A stretch of DNA of 64,000 nt, from positions 62,001 through 126,000 of IMG/VR virus record IMGVR_UViG_3300032322_001765; one strand, written 5' to 3'. Positions 30,231-41,114 of this stretch are shown piece after piece. Made by a program: the position numbers and the translations under genes. The notes below the pieces were generated by a model that did not search any database, had not been told where the DNA came from, and saw only the letters and a list, made by a program, of their open reading frames with translations. Positions within the stretch are counted from its first letter, which is position 1, and every line of letters starts with the position of its first letter.

Positions 30231-33200
30231 ATGGCAGATTATTTTCAAATTAAAAATCAAAGTATCTTAAACCCGCCGGCTAATACTAATTTAGGTAATT
30301 CTACGAACCAGTTTAATACTGCCTATATCCAAAGTAACTTAGTCGTTTCTAATACTACGTTTACGTCATCAACATTAGGTGCTCCTAAAATTACTACAAT
30401 TACATACCCTGGCGACGATACTGCCGCAGATACAGCAGGTGGTCAAACAATTACATTAACTGGTAGTGGTTTTCTAAATGGAGCTAGTGTATTAATCAAT
30501 GGGAGTGCGGTTGGTGTTGTTACAGTAGTTAATAATACAACAATAACCTTTACAAGCCCTGCTAACAATGCAGGTAGTTATGTTCTTTATGTGATTAATA
30601 CAGATGGTAGCACAGCTATTGCTATACCAGGTATACAATATAGTGGCACACCAAATTGGACTACAGCAGCAGGAACTTTAGGTACAGTCTATGAAACACA
30701 AAGTTTTAGTAATACAGTTGTTGCTACAGGTGATGCTCCGATAAGTTATAGTTTGTTTAGTGGCACGCTACCAACGGGTGCTACACTAAACAGTAACGGT
30801 ACAATAACTGGAACAAGCAGTAGTACCGCAAATTCAACGACCTATACATTTACTATTCGTGCAACCGATAACGAACAACAGGATACTAACAGACAATTTA
30901 GTTTAACAATTAATCCAGACGTGGTTACATGGAGTAACCCAGCTAATGCCTCAGTTATCAACTCATATGAATATGTTGCCATAAGCAATACAACATTAAG
31001 TGCAACAAACTTAGTTGGTGGCAACATCAGTTATACTGGTGCAAATTTACCAGCTGGTATTACTGTTACTGGTAATTTATTAACCGGAACATCAAACACT
31101 GTTGCTAATACAACGGTTACTCTAACTGCTACTTCAAATACATCAACTAGAAGTGCTGATAGAACAACTTTTATCAATGTACAACAGGATGTTGTAACAT
31201 GGAACAGTCCTGCAAACAACAATACATATACATCCGATGTTAATAGTGCGATTAGTAACGTTACACTAAATGCAACCAGCGCCGCTGGTTTTAGTGTTAG
31301 TTATAGTGCAAATACATTACCAACAGGCTTAACAATAACTGGTAACGTAATTGCTGGAACTCCAACTGTTGCAGCAAATTCTAGTTCACTAATTACTGCA
31401 ACAGCGGCGACAACAAATAGAAGTGCTACAAGAACTTTTAACTGGGTAATACAAGTTGGCAACGATCCGTATTTTAATTTAGTTACGTTATTGTTAAATG
31501 GCGAAACAAGTAGTAATTATTGGACACAAGATGCAAGTACAAATAAATTCGCAGTTACAGTAGTTGGTGATACAAGACCTATGGCATTTAGTCCATATGA
31601 AACTGTTTGGAGTAATTATTTTGATGGCACTGGGGATTATCTATCTTCGACTGCCACATCTGCGACTCAAATGGGTTCTTCAACATTTACAACGGAACTT
31701 TGGTATTACTGCAATTCGTTGGCAGCAGATCAGTGTCTTTATATTCAGCAAGATGCAGATGTACAAAATAATAGCAGTTTGTCCTACGGATTCTTTGTTG
31801 CCCCAACTAGTGGTACATTAACGGTTCTTCTTGCTCAATCAAATAGTAGATATGACTTTGCCGTTACTAATGCAATAAAGACAGGAACTTGGTATCACAT
31901 TGCCCTTGTCAGAAACGGAAATGTATTTACTTTGTATATTAACGGAGTAAGTGCTGGCACAACTACGCAAGCAATTACCCTCAACTCAAACGCCCTAAAT
32001 TACATCGGCACTTATATCAACGCTGGCGCAGGCCAGAACATGTCGGTTAATGGGTACATCAGCAATTTTAGAATTGTAAAAGGCACTGCACTTTACACAT
32101 CAAACTTTACACCACCAACATCACCACTCACAGCGATAGCAAATACAAGTTTATTAACATGTCAAACAAACAGATTAATAGATAACAGTACAAATAATTT
32201 TACACTAACAAGAAACGGAGATGTAAGTGTACGTAATTTTGGTCCATTCACAGAAACAGATTTAACAACAGGTAGTGGTTATTTTGATGGTACCGGCGAC
32301 TACATTTCTGCACCGTATTCAGCTAGCACAGCTAATTGGTACAGCTCTAATACTACTATAGAAATGTGGGTTTATCCTTTTTCTATAACAGTTAGCGGTA
32401 CTAATTCTGCACCCCTCCAAATTTCTCATGGTCAATTTAATTCTGATGTATTATATTGGAGTTTTGGTTATAACGCTTCAGGTCGTGTGGGGTTATATTA
32501 TTTCAACGGTGGAACACAAAACGTTACTGCTACTTCTGGAACGGTTTTAGTAAATCAGTGGAATCATCTTGCTATGACACATAACAATTCTTCGGGAGAA
32601 ATCAGATTATATTTAAATGGAACTTTAGTAGGTACAGGTACTAAATCTGGAACTCCGCAGTCAAGTGCTTCTTTCCCAATAAACATAGGTGTTGCTCAAT
32701 CAACTTATTACACTGGTTATATTTCTAATTTAAGAATAGTTAATGGTACATTAGTTTACACCGCTAACTTTACCCCACCTACTGCACCACTTACAGCAAT
32801 TACAAATACAAGCCTATTAACATTACAAAATCGATTTGGTGAAAACAATAATCGTTTTGTCGATACATCTGGCATCGGTAATTTTATTACCCGTAACGGT
32901 AACACAACGCAGGGTGCGTTATCGCCGTTTAGTCAGACAGGATGGAGTTACTATCAAGATGGTACTTCAACATATCTATCATATGGTTCAAGTGCAGATT
33001 TTACTTTTGGTACAGGCGATTTTACAGTTGAAGCTTGGATTTTTGTAACAAGTATAGGAACCGGTTTTAGTATGTTTAATGTTGGTAGTGCAAATGCCGG
33101 AGCTTATAGTTTGTATGTTAACGGTTCTGGTAATATTGAAAGCACAAGATACGGTGATGGTGCCGGAGCAGGAAGAACGACATCAACAATAACTACAAAT

Positions 33201-35393
33201 ACTTGGGTTCACATTGCAGCTGTCCGTGCCAGCGGCACTGCTAGAGTTTATATAAATGGAACTTCAGACTCCGGTGCAACTTATAGTATGGGTAATATTA
33301 CTGCCACAGTAGCAGAAACAGGTCGTATTTGGCAAACAGGATACACAGGAACAAGTTATATTTCTAATCTTAGAGTTTGTAAGGGTACAGCGGTGTATAC
33401 GAATAACTTTACACCAGCTACATCACCTTTAACTATAACAAGTCAAAGTGCGTCAAATTGCGTATTACTTACATTCCAAAATAATAGATTCGTTGATGCA
33501 TCTAGTTCTCCAAAAACCTGCACACCAAGTGGAACACCATCTGTACAATCTTTCAGTCCATTCGTATCAGCAATCATAACACCAACAAGTTATAGTGGTT
33601 ATTTTGATGGCAATGGAGATTATTTAAGTGGCCCACAAAACGCAGCATTTGCATTTGGGACAGGTAGCTTTACAGTTGAATTTTTTGTTTATACAATAAG
33701 TACAACAGCGCAAATGGTATTTGATACTTTGCAACCAAATACACCCGGTGGCGGATCAAATAGATTTTATGTTTATATTAAGTCCGATCAGAAAATAGTT
33801 ACTGGACCTGCCACACAAGAATTAACTAGCACAGGTACTATACAACTTGGTGCATGGACCCACGTAGCTGTCGTTCGTAATGGAACATCAAGAATAATTT
33901 ATATTAATGGTGTTGCAAATGGTTCTGATACCTTTAATAATAATTTAACTGAAAACTATTGCACTATTGGTTTTGACGCAGCAACAAACGGCACCATTAT
34001 TATTAATGGATATTTAAGTAACTTGCGGGTCGTGAAGGGTACAGCAGTTTATACTTCAGCATTTACCTCACCAACCTCACCATTAACTGCAATATCAGGT
34101 ACAAGTTTATTAACATGTGAGTCAAATAGATTTATCGATAACAGTACAAACAATTTTACAATCACAGTAAACGGAAATTCAATACCAAGACAATTTAATC
34201 CGTTTGGTAATACATCAACTACAGGAACTAATTCAGTTTATGGAATAACTACAGTAGGCGGTAGTGGATACTTTGACGGATCTAGTAATTACTTACTAGT
34301 ACCAGACAATACGGCGTTAGAATCCTTTAATGATTTTACAATTGAATTTTGGGTATATTTTACTTCTGTTTCAACAGCGCAGATTATAATAGATAAGGGC
34401 TGGAACAACGGAGGCGGTTATAGCCCTTATTTCATACTTCTATCTGGTGGGAATTTATTAGCATATGCTTCTTCTTCAGGTACAGTTAACGACGTACTAT
34501 CTGGTGCGTCTTTTGGAGCCATGGTGGCGGGTCAATGGTATCATATTGCTTTGACTAGATCGGGTTCTGCTATTAAATTATTTACCAATGGTGCTGTAAT
34601 TACTTCTGCTACAAATTCATCTACACTTATGAGTAACAGTACTAATTTGGGAGTAGGATCCGTTCCATTAACAGGTGCTTTCTTACTTAATGGTTATCTA
34701 TCAAATTTGAGAATAATCAAAGGCTCTGCTGTTTATACTTCAGCATTTGTGCCTCCGGTTGCACCAGTCTCTGCAATCAGTAACACAGTTTTATTGTTGA
34801 ACTTTACAAATAGTGGTATCGTTGATTATACAAGTAAAAATAATTTACAGACTGTAGGCAATACGCAATTAAGTACAACACAAACTAAGTTTGGCAATGC
34901 GAGTATGAGTTTTGACGGTAGTGGGGATTACGTTGCTGCTCTATCAAATCAAACAGGTGTATTTGGAACAGGCAATTTTACTATTGAGGGGTGGTTTTAT
35001 TGGAATTCACTTGCAAGTGAATCTGCTATTGTTTTTAACAATGATGGAGCCACTTTTCGTTTTTGGACTTTTTACATATTTCCAGCAAGCAAATTGCAGT
35101 GGGGCAAATGGGACGCAAACTTGATAACCGGCGCAACAACTTTAGTAACTGGACAGTGGTATCATATCGCCGTGACACGGGCCAGCGGCACAGTTAGATT
35201 GTTTGTGAATGGCGTAGTTGATGGCTCCGCAACTGATACCACCAATTACAATTCAACTGGATTCGTGGAACTTGGTAAAAGTCATAGCGGTAATTTTTTC
35301 AATGGGTATGTGGATGATTTTCGCATCACCAGAGGTTTCGCACGTTATACTGCTAACTTTACGCCACCAACAACGGCGTTTTTAACTTATTAA
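30231..35393 (+). CDS. Adhesin: IPT/TIG + Ig-like + 6 LamG domains
   Basis: Same architecture as 24671 and 41115. Confidence 0.85.
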   Translation: MADYFQIKNQSILNPPANTNLGNSTNQFNTAYIQSNLVVSNTTFTSSTLGAPKITTITYPGDDTAADTAGGQTITLTGSGFLNGASVLINGSAVGVVTVVNNTTITFTSPANNAGSYVLYVINTDGSTAIAIPGIQYSGTPNWTTAAGTLGTVYETQSFSNTVVATGDAPISYSLFSGTLPTGATLNSNGTITGTSSSTANSTTYTFTIRATDNEQQDTNRQFSLTINPDVVTWSNPANASVINSYEYVAISNTTLSATNLVGGNISYTGANLPAGITVTGNLLTGTSNTVANTTVTLTATSNTSTRSADRTTFINVQQDVVTWNSPANNNTYTSDVNSAISNVTLNATSAAGFSVSYSANTLPTGLTITGNVIAGTPTVAANSSSLITATAATTNRSATRTFNWVIQVGNDPYFNLVTLLLNGETSSNYWTQDASTNKFAVTVVGDTRPMAFSPYETVWSNYFDGTGDYLSSTATSATQMGSSTFTTELWYYCNSLAADQCLYIQQDADVQNNSSLSYGFFVAPTSGTLTVLLAQSNSRYDFAVTNAIKTGTWYHIALVRNGNVFTLYINGVSAGTTTQAITLNSNALNYIGTYINAGAGQNMSVNGYISNFRIVKGTALYTSNFTPPTSPLTAIANTSLLTCQTNRLIDNSTNNFTLTRNGDVSVRNFGPFTETDLTTGSGYFDGTGDYISAPYSASTANWYSSNTTIEMWVYPFSITVSGTNSAPLQISHGQFNSDVLYWSFGYNASGRVGLYYFNGGTQNVTATSGTVLVNQWNHLAMTHNNSSGEIRLYLNGTLVGTGTKSGTPQSSASFPINIGVAQSTYYTGYISNLRIVNGTLVYTANFTPPTAPLTAITNTSLLTLQNRFGENNNRFVDTSGIGNFITRNGNTTQGALSPFSQTGWSYYQDGTSTYLSYGSSADFTFGTGDFTVEAWIFVTSIGTGFSMFNVGSANAGAYSLYVNGSGNIESTRYGDGAGAGRTTSTITTNTWVHIAAVRASGTARVYINGTSDSGATYSMGNITATVAETGRIWQTGYTGTSYISNLRVCKGTAVYTNNFTPATSPLTITSQSASNCVLLTFQNNRFVDASSSPKTCTPSGTPSVQSFSPFVSAIITPTSYSGYFDGNGDYLSGPQNAAFAFGTGSFTVEFFVYTISTTAQMVFDTLQPNTPGGGSNRFYVYIKSDQKIVTGPATQELTSTGTIQLGAWTHVAVVRNGTSRIIYINGVANGSDTFNNNLTENYCTIGFDAATNGTIIINGYLSNLRVVKGTAVYTSAFTSPTSPLTAISGTSLLTCESNRFIDNSTNNFTITVNGNSIPRQFNPFGNTSTTGTNSVYGITTVGGSGYFDGSSNYLLVPDNTALESFNDFTIEFWVYFTSVSTAQIIIDKGWNNGGGYSPYFILLSGGNLLAYASSSGTVNDVLSGASFGAMVAGQWYHIALTRSGSAIKLFTNGAVITSATNSSTLMSNSTNLGVGSVPLTGAFLLNGYLSNLRIIKGSAVYTSAFVPPVAPVSAISNTVLLLNFTNSGIVDYTSKNNLQTVGNTQLSTTQTKFGNASMSFDGSGDYVAALSNQTGVFGTGNFTIEGWFYWNSLASESAIVFNNDGATFRFWTFYIFPASKLQWGKWDANLITGATTLVTGQWYHIAVTRASGTVRLFVNGVVDGSATDTTNYNSTGFVELGKSHSGNFFNGYVDDFRITRGFARYTANFTPPTTAFLTY
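32187..32236 (+). repeat. 50-bp exact repeat shared between LamG adhesin genes (second copy 42675-42724)
   Basis: agtacaaataattttacactaacaagaaacggagatgtaagtgtacgtaa is identical at both sites, within a ~140-bp near-identical inter-LamG linker. Confidence 0.9.
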
Positions 35394-35415
35394 TTTTACA
35401 AAGAAAGGAAACAAA

Positions 35416-35784
35416 ATGGCACATTTTGCAAAATTAGATGAAAATAATGTTGTATTAGAAGTTCACGTAGTTCATAACAATGAACTATTAGATGAAAACG
35501 GTCAAGAAAGTGAACAGAAAGGTATCGACTTTCTAACGTCTTGGTCAGGAGGATATACCATGTGGAAACAAACAAGCTATAATGGTACTTTTAGAAAAAA
35601 CTACGCAGGCCAAGGATATACATATAATGCAGAACTCGATGCATTCATTCCACCTAAACCATTCAATAGTTGGATATTAAATGAAACAACTTGCATTTGG
35701 GAAAGTCCAGTGCCGTATCCAAATGATGATGGTAGATATGTTTGGGATGAAGAAACAACTAATTGGGTAGAGGTACCAGCGTAA
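35416..35784 (+). CDS. Conserved small phage protein (MAHFAxLDENNVV..QTSYN..RKNYAG..W..P family), possible fibre-assembly chaperone
   Basis: 122 aa with AGAAAGGA SD. Its stop overlaps the next ATG (TAATG). The function is inferred from position only. Confidence 0.65.
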   Translation: MAHFAKLDENNVVLEVHVVHNNELLDENGQESEQKGIDFLTSWSGGYTMWKQTSYNGTFRKNYAGQGYTYNAELDAFIPPKPFNSWILNETTCIWESPVPYPNDDGRYVWDEETTNWVEVPA

Positions 35785-36665
35785 TGCCATTAGATATAGG
35801 TCCTGGGATTACGATTGGCGGTGGTATTTCAATTACAACGCCTCCATCAGTCACAGCAGTTGATTATCTAGTTGTTGCTGGTGGTGGCGGTGGCGCAGCA
35901 GATGATGGCGGCGGGGGCGGCGCCGGCGGATTTAGAACAGGAGATTCATTTTCTGTAACACCAGAAACAACCTACTCAATTACTGTGGGCGGAGGAGGAT
36001 CCGGTGCACCAAGAGCAGATGCAGACAGCGCAACTAAAGGGTCAGATTCAATCTTTAGTACGATAACTTCTACTGGAGGTGGCGCCGGACATAAAGCTGG
36101 CGCGGCACCTTCAAAATCAAACGGGGGTTCCGGCGGAGGCGGCGGATATGATTTAGGTATAGGTGGTTTAGGAAATACTCCCTCTACATCTCCTAGTCAA
36201 GGTAATAATGGTGGTAATAATAATTATACAGGCGCGGGCGGTGGCGGTGGCGCAGGCAGTGCTGGTACGAATGGTCAAGGACCGAATCCTAATACGGAAA
36301 CTGCTGCTGGTAATGGTGGTGCAGGAGCAGCTTCTTCTATGTCAGGATCATCAGTAACATATGCTGGCGGAGGTGGAGGAGGTGGTAGATCATCTGCAGG
36401 CGGTACAGGTGGCACAGGAGGTGGAGGTAACGGTCAACGCAATGGACAAACCGGAAGTGCCGGTACAGCAAATACCGGAGGCGGTGGGGGTGGGTGCGGG
36501 GATGTCGGGACAGTCAGAAACTCATTCAGCGGCGGATCCGGAATAGTTATTATTCGTTACCCTGATTCATTTACGGCTGCAACAACTACAGGAAGCCCAA
36601 CATACACTGTTACAGGTGGCTATAGAATTTACACATTTACCGGCAATGGGTCAATAACTTTCTAA
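35784..36665 (+). CDS. Glycine-rich (polyglycine) adhesin-like protein
   Basis: Start moved to ATG 35784 (MPLDIGPGITIGGGISIT). Contains VDYLVVAGGGGG, repeated GGGGG runs, ANTGGGGGG and GGSGIVIIRY..YRIYTFTGNGSITF. Confidence 0.8.
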   Translation: MPLDIGPGITIGGGISITTPPSVTAVDYLVVAGGGGGAADDGGGGGAGGFRTGDSFSVTPETTYSITVGGGGSGAPRADADSATKGSDSIFSTITSTGGGAGHKAGAAPSKSNGGSGGGGGYDLGIGGLGNTPSTSPSQGNNGGNNNYTGAGGGGGAGSAGTNGQGPNPNTETAAGNGGAGAASSMSGSSVTYAGGGGGGGRSSAGGTGGTGGGGNGQRNGQTGSAGTANTGGGGGGCGDVGTVRNSFSGGSGIVIIRYPDSFTAATTTGSPTYTVTGGYRIYTFTGNGSITF

Positions 36666-36667
36666 TA

Positions 36668-36675
36668 GCTAAATA
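36668..36675 (+). promoter_or_regulatory. Late-promoter-like GCTAAATA
   Basis: TAAATA core in the short spacer before 36697. Confidence 0.5.
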
Positions 36676-36696
36676 CTATAATTAGAATAAAAAATT

Positions 36697-39600
36697 ATGG
36701 CAATTACATTATTACAACCGTTTAATTTAGATACAGCAGGTAATTACACTTTCAATACCTTAACGGCTAACATTAAAACGGATAATTTAATGTATGCTAA
36801 TGGTAGTCCATACGTATTTTCAGGTAATCCTGCAGGTACTAATACACAAGTTCAATTTAACGATGCTAATAGTTTTGGTGCTAGTGCAGCGTTTACGTTT
36901 AATAAATCATCAAACGTATTAACAATATCAGGTAATTTAACAAGTACTAATGCTAATTTAGGTAACTTAGTTACAGCTAACTTTGTTACAGGTACATTAA
37001 CAACAGGTGCTCAACCTAATATTACAAGTACAGGTACACTATCAAGTTTAACTGTTACTGGATTAGTTATTGCAACAGCAAATGGTGTTAAAACTGCAAA
37101 TATCTATGATAGTACAGGTACACTTACTATAGAAACAAAATATGGTAATAGTGCAGGTGACGCTGGTGTTTACGGAAATCTAACAGTTGGTACAAGTGGT
37201 ACTGGCAACATAACAGCATATAACGCTAATTTAGGTAACTTAGTTATTGGTAACTTCTTGCAAGGTACACTAACAACACAAGCACAACCAAACATAACAA
37301 GTGTTGGAACTTTAAGCAGTTTAAGTGTTACGGCTAATGTAAGTGCCGGTAATGTTTTAACAAACAATTTATTATATGCAAATGGAGTTGCATGGAGTTT
37401 TGGAAGCACGTATTCAAACACAAATGTTGCTGCATATCTTCCAACTTATACAGGTAACATTGCAGCTAATTATTTTATAGGAAATGGTGCTACACTAACA
37501 AATTTAACAGGCGGTAACGTAACTGGTCAAGTAGCTAATGCACTAATAGCCGGTACTGTTTATACTAATGCACAACCTAATATTACTTCAGTTGGTACAT
37601 TAGCAAGTCTAACTGTGAGTGGTAATGCTAACGTTTCTACAAATTTAAATGTTACAGGTAATGCATTGGTTAGTGGTAATTTAACTGTTCAAGGTAACAC
37701 AAATTATATAAACGTTGATACACTGGTTGTTGAAGATCCAATTATTGAATTAGGTGGAGGCCCAAATGGTGCACCACTAACAACTAATGACGGCAAAGAT
37801 AGAGGCACACTACTACATTATTATACAACTGCACCCGTTGATGCATTTATGGGTTGGGATAATAGTAATGGCGAGTTTGCGTTTGGTAGCAATGTAAGCC
37901 TGAGTAGCGAAGTCGTTACATTTAATAGTTTTGGTAATGTACGTGCAAGTTATTTTATAGGAAACGGTAGTCAATTAACTGGTGTCGTTGGTAGCGCAAA
38001 CTATTCTACATTTGCTGGTACAGTATTAACCAATGCACAACCTAATATTACAAGTGTTGGTACACTTGCAAGCCTTACCGTAACCGGTAATTTAACCGCC
38101 GGTAATGCCAATTTAGGTAATTTAGTTATTGCTAATTTCTTCTCAGGTAACGGAAGTTTATTGACTTCAATTACCGGTGGCAATGTAAGTGGTCAAGTAG
38201 GTAACGCATTAATAGCGGGAACAGTTTACACAAATGCGCAACCTAATATTACAAGCGTAGGAACGTTAAGTAGTTTAACCGTTACAGCAAACATTAGTTC
38301 AGGTAATGCGAACTTAGGTAATTTAGTTACATCTAATTATTTTGTTGGTGATGGCTCATTATTAAGTTCTATCGCTGCTGGTAATATTACTGGTCAAGTT
38401 GCAAATGCGTTAATAGCTGGCACTGTTTATACTAACGCACAGCCTAACATTACTAGTGTTGGAACATTAACTAGCACTACATTAGCAGCTAATAGTAATA
38501 TTACAATGAGTGGTAGTTTATCTCAGATTAGCGGTGCTAATTTAATAGATGCAACTTATCTAACCGGTACGTTAACAACAGCAGCACAGCCAAACGTTAC
38601 AAGTTTAGGCACGTTAACTGGTTTAACTGTATCAGGCAATTTATCATTTACTGGTGCTAATGCATACTTTTCAAATATTAGTAATGTTAAAATACCAGGT
38701 GGTTCAGCGAACTATGTAATCATTACTGATGGGTCTGGTAATTTAAGTTGGGCAGCACAAACCGGCGGTGGCGGAGGTGGCACACCTGGTGGCAGTAATA
38801 CACAATTACAATTTAACGATGGTGGCAGTTTTGCCGGTACTGCAAACGTTACATATGATAAAACAACAAATACATTAAGTGTCACAGGTAATGCAAGTTT
38901 TACTGGAGCTAATGTAAGTTTAGGTAATATAGCAAATCTTAAGATCACCGGTGGTTCTAATGGTTATTTCCTTAGCACAGATGGTGCAGGTAATTTAAGT
39001 TGGACACAAGAAAGTGTATCAGCACTTAATATAACTGTAGATGACTTTACCGGTAATGGCGTACAGTCTAACTTTACATTAAGCACGACACCAGTCAGCG
39101 AAGATTTCACGATTGTTAGTTTGGCAGGTACATTCCAACCACGCACAACATATACGGTTTCAGGTAATGTAATATCGTTTAGCTCTGCGCCACCAAATAA
39201 TGCTCCAATTGAAGTTACAACATTTGCTGGATATGCAGCTACACCAGCAGTTTATACAACAAGAACATATACAGGTAATGGATCACAAACTGTGTTTACT
39301 GTCACTAGTGGATCTAGTGTTGATAGTTTACTTGTAACAGAAAACGGTGTATTACAAGTACCAACAACTGATTATACAGTAGCAGGTGCGTCACTCACAT
39401 TTACTACAGCACCATCAAGTAATGTAGCAATTCAAGTACGTGAGTTACCAACAAGTTTAGGTGGTGCAGGTGGATTAACATGGAATATTGCAAACGCTAA
39501 CGCAACGATGTCAGCAAGCAACGGGTACTTTGTTGATACATCAGCTGGTGCAAAAACGATGACATTGCCGGCTAGTGCAAGTTTAGGTGATACAATTAGA

Positions 39601-39768
39601 ATTAATGATTTAGCAGGTACATTTGGTAGTAATGCATGTACTATAAACAGAAATGGACATAACATTCAAGGTGTTGCAGATGATTTAGTTGCAAATACGG
39701 CACAGGCTAGCTTTGGTTTAGTGTACAGTAATAGCACATATGGTTGGAAGATATTAGAGGTAGTATAA
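36697..39768 (+). CDS. Fibre protein (1023 aa) with C-terminal YxVDT..TLP..GW coupler domain
   Basis: MAITLLQPFNLD anchor, seven QPN(I/V)TS repeats, a knob module, two (F/Y)TGNG modules and the coupler domain shared with 29765. Confidence 0.85.
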   Translation: MAITLLQPFNLDTAGNYTFNTLTANIKTDNLMYANGSPYVFSGNPAGTNTQVQFNDANSFGASAAFTFNKSSNVLTISGNLTSTNANLGNLVTANFVTGTLTTGAQPNITSTGTLSSLTVTGLVIATANGVKTANIYDSTGTLTIETKYGNSAGDAGVYGNLTVGTSGTGNITAYNANLGNLVIGNFLQGTLTTQAQPNITSVGTLSSLSVTANVSAGNVLTNNLLYANGVAWSFGSTYSNTNVAAYLPTYTGNIAANYFIGNGATLTNLTGGNVTGQVANALIAGTVYTNAQPNITSVGTLASLTVSGNANVSTNLNVTGNALVSGNLTVQGNTNYINVDTLVVEDPIIELGGGPNGAPLTTNDGKDRGTLLHYYTTAPVDAFMGWDNSNGEFAFGSNVSLSSEVVTFNSFGNVRASYFIGNGSQLTGVVGSANYSTFAGTVLTNAQPNITSVGTLASLTVTGNLTAGNANLGNLVIANFFSGNGSLLTSITGGNVSGQVGNALIAGTVYTNAQPNITSVGTLSSLTVTANISSGNANLGNLVTSNYFVGDGSLLSSIAAGNITGQVANALIAGTVYTNAQPNITSVGTLTSTTLAANSNITMSGSLSQISGANLIDATYLTGTLTTAAQPNVTSLGTLTGLTVSGNLSFTGANAYFSNISNVKIPGGSANYVIITDGSGNLSWAAQTGGGGGGTPGGSNTQLQFNDGGSFAGTANVTYDKTTNTLSVTGNASFTGANVSLGNIANLKITGGSNGYFLSTDGAGNLSWTQESVSALNITVDDFTGNGVQSNFTLSTTPVSEDFTIVSLAGTFQPRTTYTVSGNVISFSSAPPNNAPIEVTTFAGYAATPAVYTTRTYTGNGSQTVFTVTSGSSVDSLLVTENGVLQVPTTDYTVAGASLTFTTAPSSNVAIQVRELPTSLGGAGGLTWNIANANATMSASNGYFVDTSAGAKTMTLPASASLGDTIRINDLAGTFGSNACTINRNGHNIQGVADDLVANTAQASFGLVYSNSTYGWKILEVV

Positions 39769-41099
39769 TGCCACAGAATTTAAAAAGTTTAGTTACACAA
39801 TCATTATATCCTAAAATTACAACAGTCACTACCGAAAGTGCTACTGCTGTTATACCAGCCGGCGGCGAAACAGTTACAGTTACAGGTAGTGGTTTTTTAA
39901 GTGGTGCAGTTGTTTGGATAAACAATAGCAATGTATCTACCACATTTACTAGCTCAACAACGTTAACTTTTACTTCTCCTGCACAAAGTGCTGGATTTTA
40001 TCAATTATTTGTATATAACACCGATGGGTCAGTTGCTACTAAACCAGGTGGATTAATTTATAATGCAGCTCCTGTTTGGTCAACTGCAAGTGGAGCGTTA
40101 CTTCCTCTTGTAACTAATGTTGCATATAGTACAACTTTAGTTGCTACAAGCGGAACAATAACATATTCAATAACTTCAGGAAGTTTGCCTTCAGGAATTT
40201 CATTAAATTCTAGTACTGGAGTAATATCGGGCACCTCTTCAGTCACTACCGGTACTTTTAGTTTTACTGTTGCGGCGACTAATGAATACAATCAAGTTAC
40301 AACAAGAAATTTTAGCATCACAGTATCAGCATTAATAGTAGAAACATTATTAGTAGCTGGTGGTGGAGCCGGCTCCGGTGGCGGCGGTGGAGCAGGTGGG
40401 TTATTATATTATGGATCTGAAACACCAAAAACACCTAACGGTAGTGCTTTAGGATTACAAACAGGTGTTACATACAGTATTACAGTGGGCGGTGGAGGCA
40501 CAAGTTCAAGTAATGGATCTAATAGTGTAATGTCAGGTACAAACTTTACAACATTAACCGCAGTAGGTGGCGGAGCCGGCGGTGGCGGCTCAAATGGCGG
40601 GAACGGTGGATCAGGAGGTGGTGCTCCGAGAATTATTCCAACTGGCATAGGATTAGGCACGACAGGGCAAGGTAATAACGGTGGAACAGGTGTTGATGCA
40701 AACAATGCTTCAGGTGGCGGTGGTGGAGCCGGCGCGGTTGGTGGTAATGCTGGCGGAGCCGGCGGTAATGGTGGTGCTGGATTAAATTATAGTATATCAG
40801 GATCCTCAGTAGGATACGCTGGTGGAGGAGGTGGTGGTGGTGCTAACGGCGGTGGTTCGGCCGCACAAGGGGGTGGCGCAGGTGCCAGTGGTGGCGCAGC
40901 CTCAGGCACTACAAACACAGGTGGAGGTGGTGGAGGTATTTACACTAATGGTCCGGGTGCCGGTGGTTCCGGAGTAGTAATATTACGATATTCTGACAGT
41001 CTAGCAGCAGCCACTAGTACAACAGGATCTCCAACATACACAGTGACAGGTGGCTACAGAATTTATAGGTTTACCGGCAACGGATCAATAACATTTTAA
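39768..41099 (+). CDS. IPT/TIG + Ig-like + glycine-rich adhesin
   Basis: Start moved to ATG 39768 (TAATG overlap; MPQNLKSLV). Contains PAGGETVTVTGSGF and YSITSGSLPSGISL, then a polyglycine domain with the same C-terminus as 35784 and 47509. Confidence 0.8.
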   Translation: MPQNLKSLVTQSLYPKITTVTTESATAVIPAGGETVTVTGSGFLSGAVVWINNSNVSTTFTSSTTLTFTSPAQSAGFYQLFVYNTDGSVATKPGGLIYNAAPVWSTASGALLPLVTNVAYSTTLVATSGTITYSITSGSLPSGISLNSSTGVISGTSSVTTGTFSFTVAATNEYNQVTTRNFSITVSALIVETLLVAGGGAGSGGGGGAGGLLYYGSETPKTPNGSALGLQTGVTYSITVGGGGTSSSNGSNSVMSGTNFTTLTAVGGGAGGGGSNGGNGGSGGGAPRIIPTGIGLGTTGQGNNGGTGVDANNASGGGGGAGAVGGNAGGAGGNGGAGLNYSISGSSVGYAGGGGGGGANGGGSAAQGGGAGASGGAASGTTNTGGGGGGIYTNGPGAGGSGVVILRYSDSLAAATSTTGSPTYTVTGGYRIYRFTGNGSITF

Positions 41100-41114
41100 T
41101 TAAATTGTAATAAC

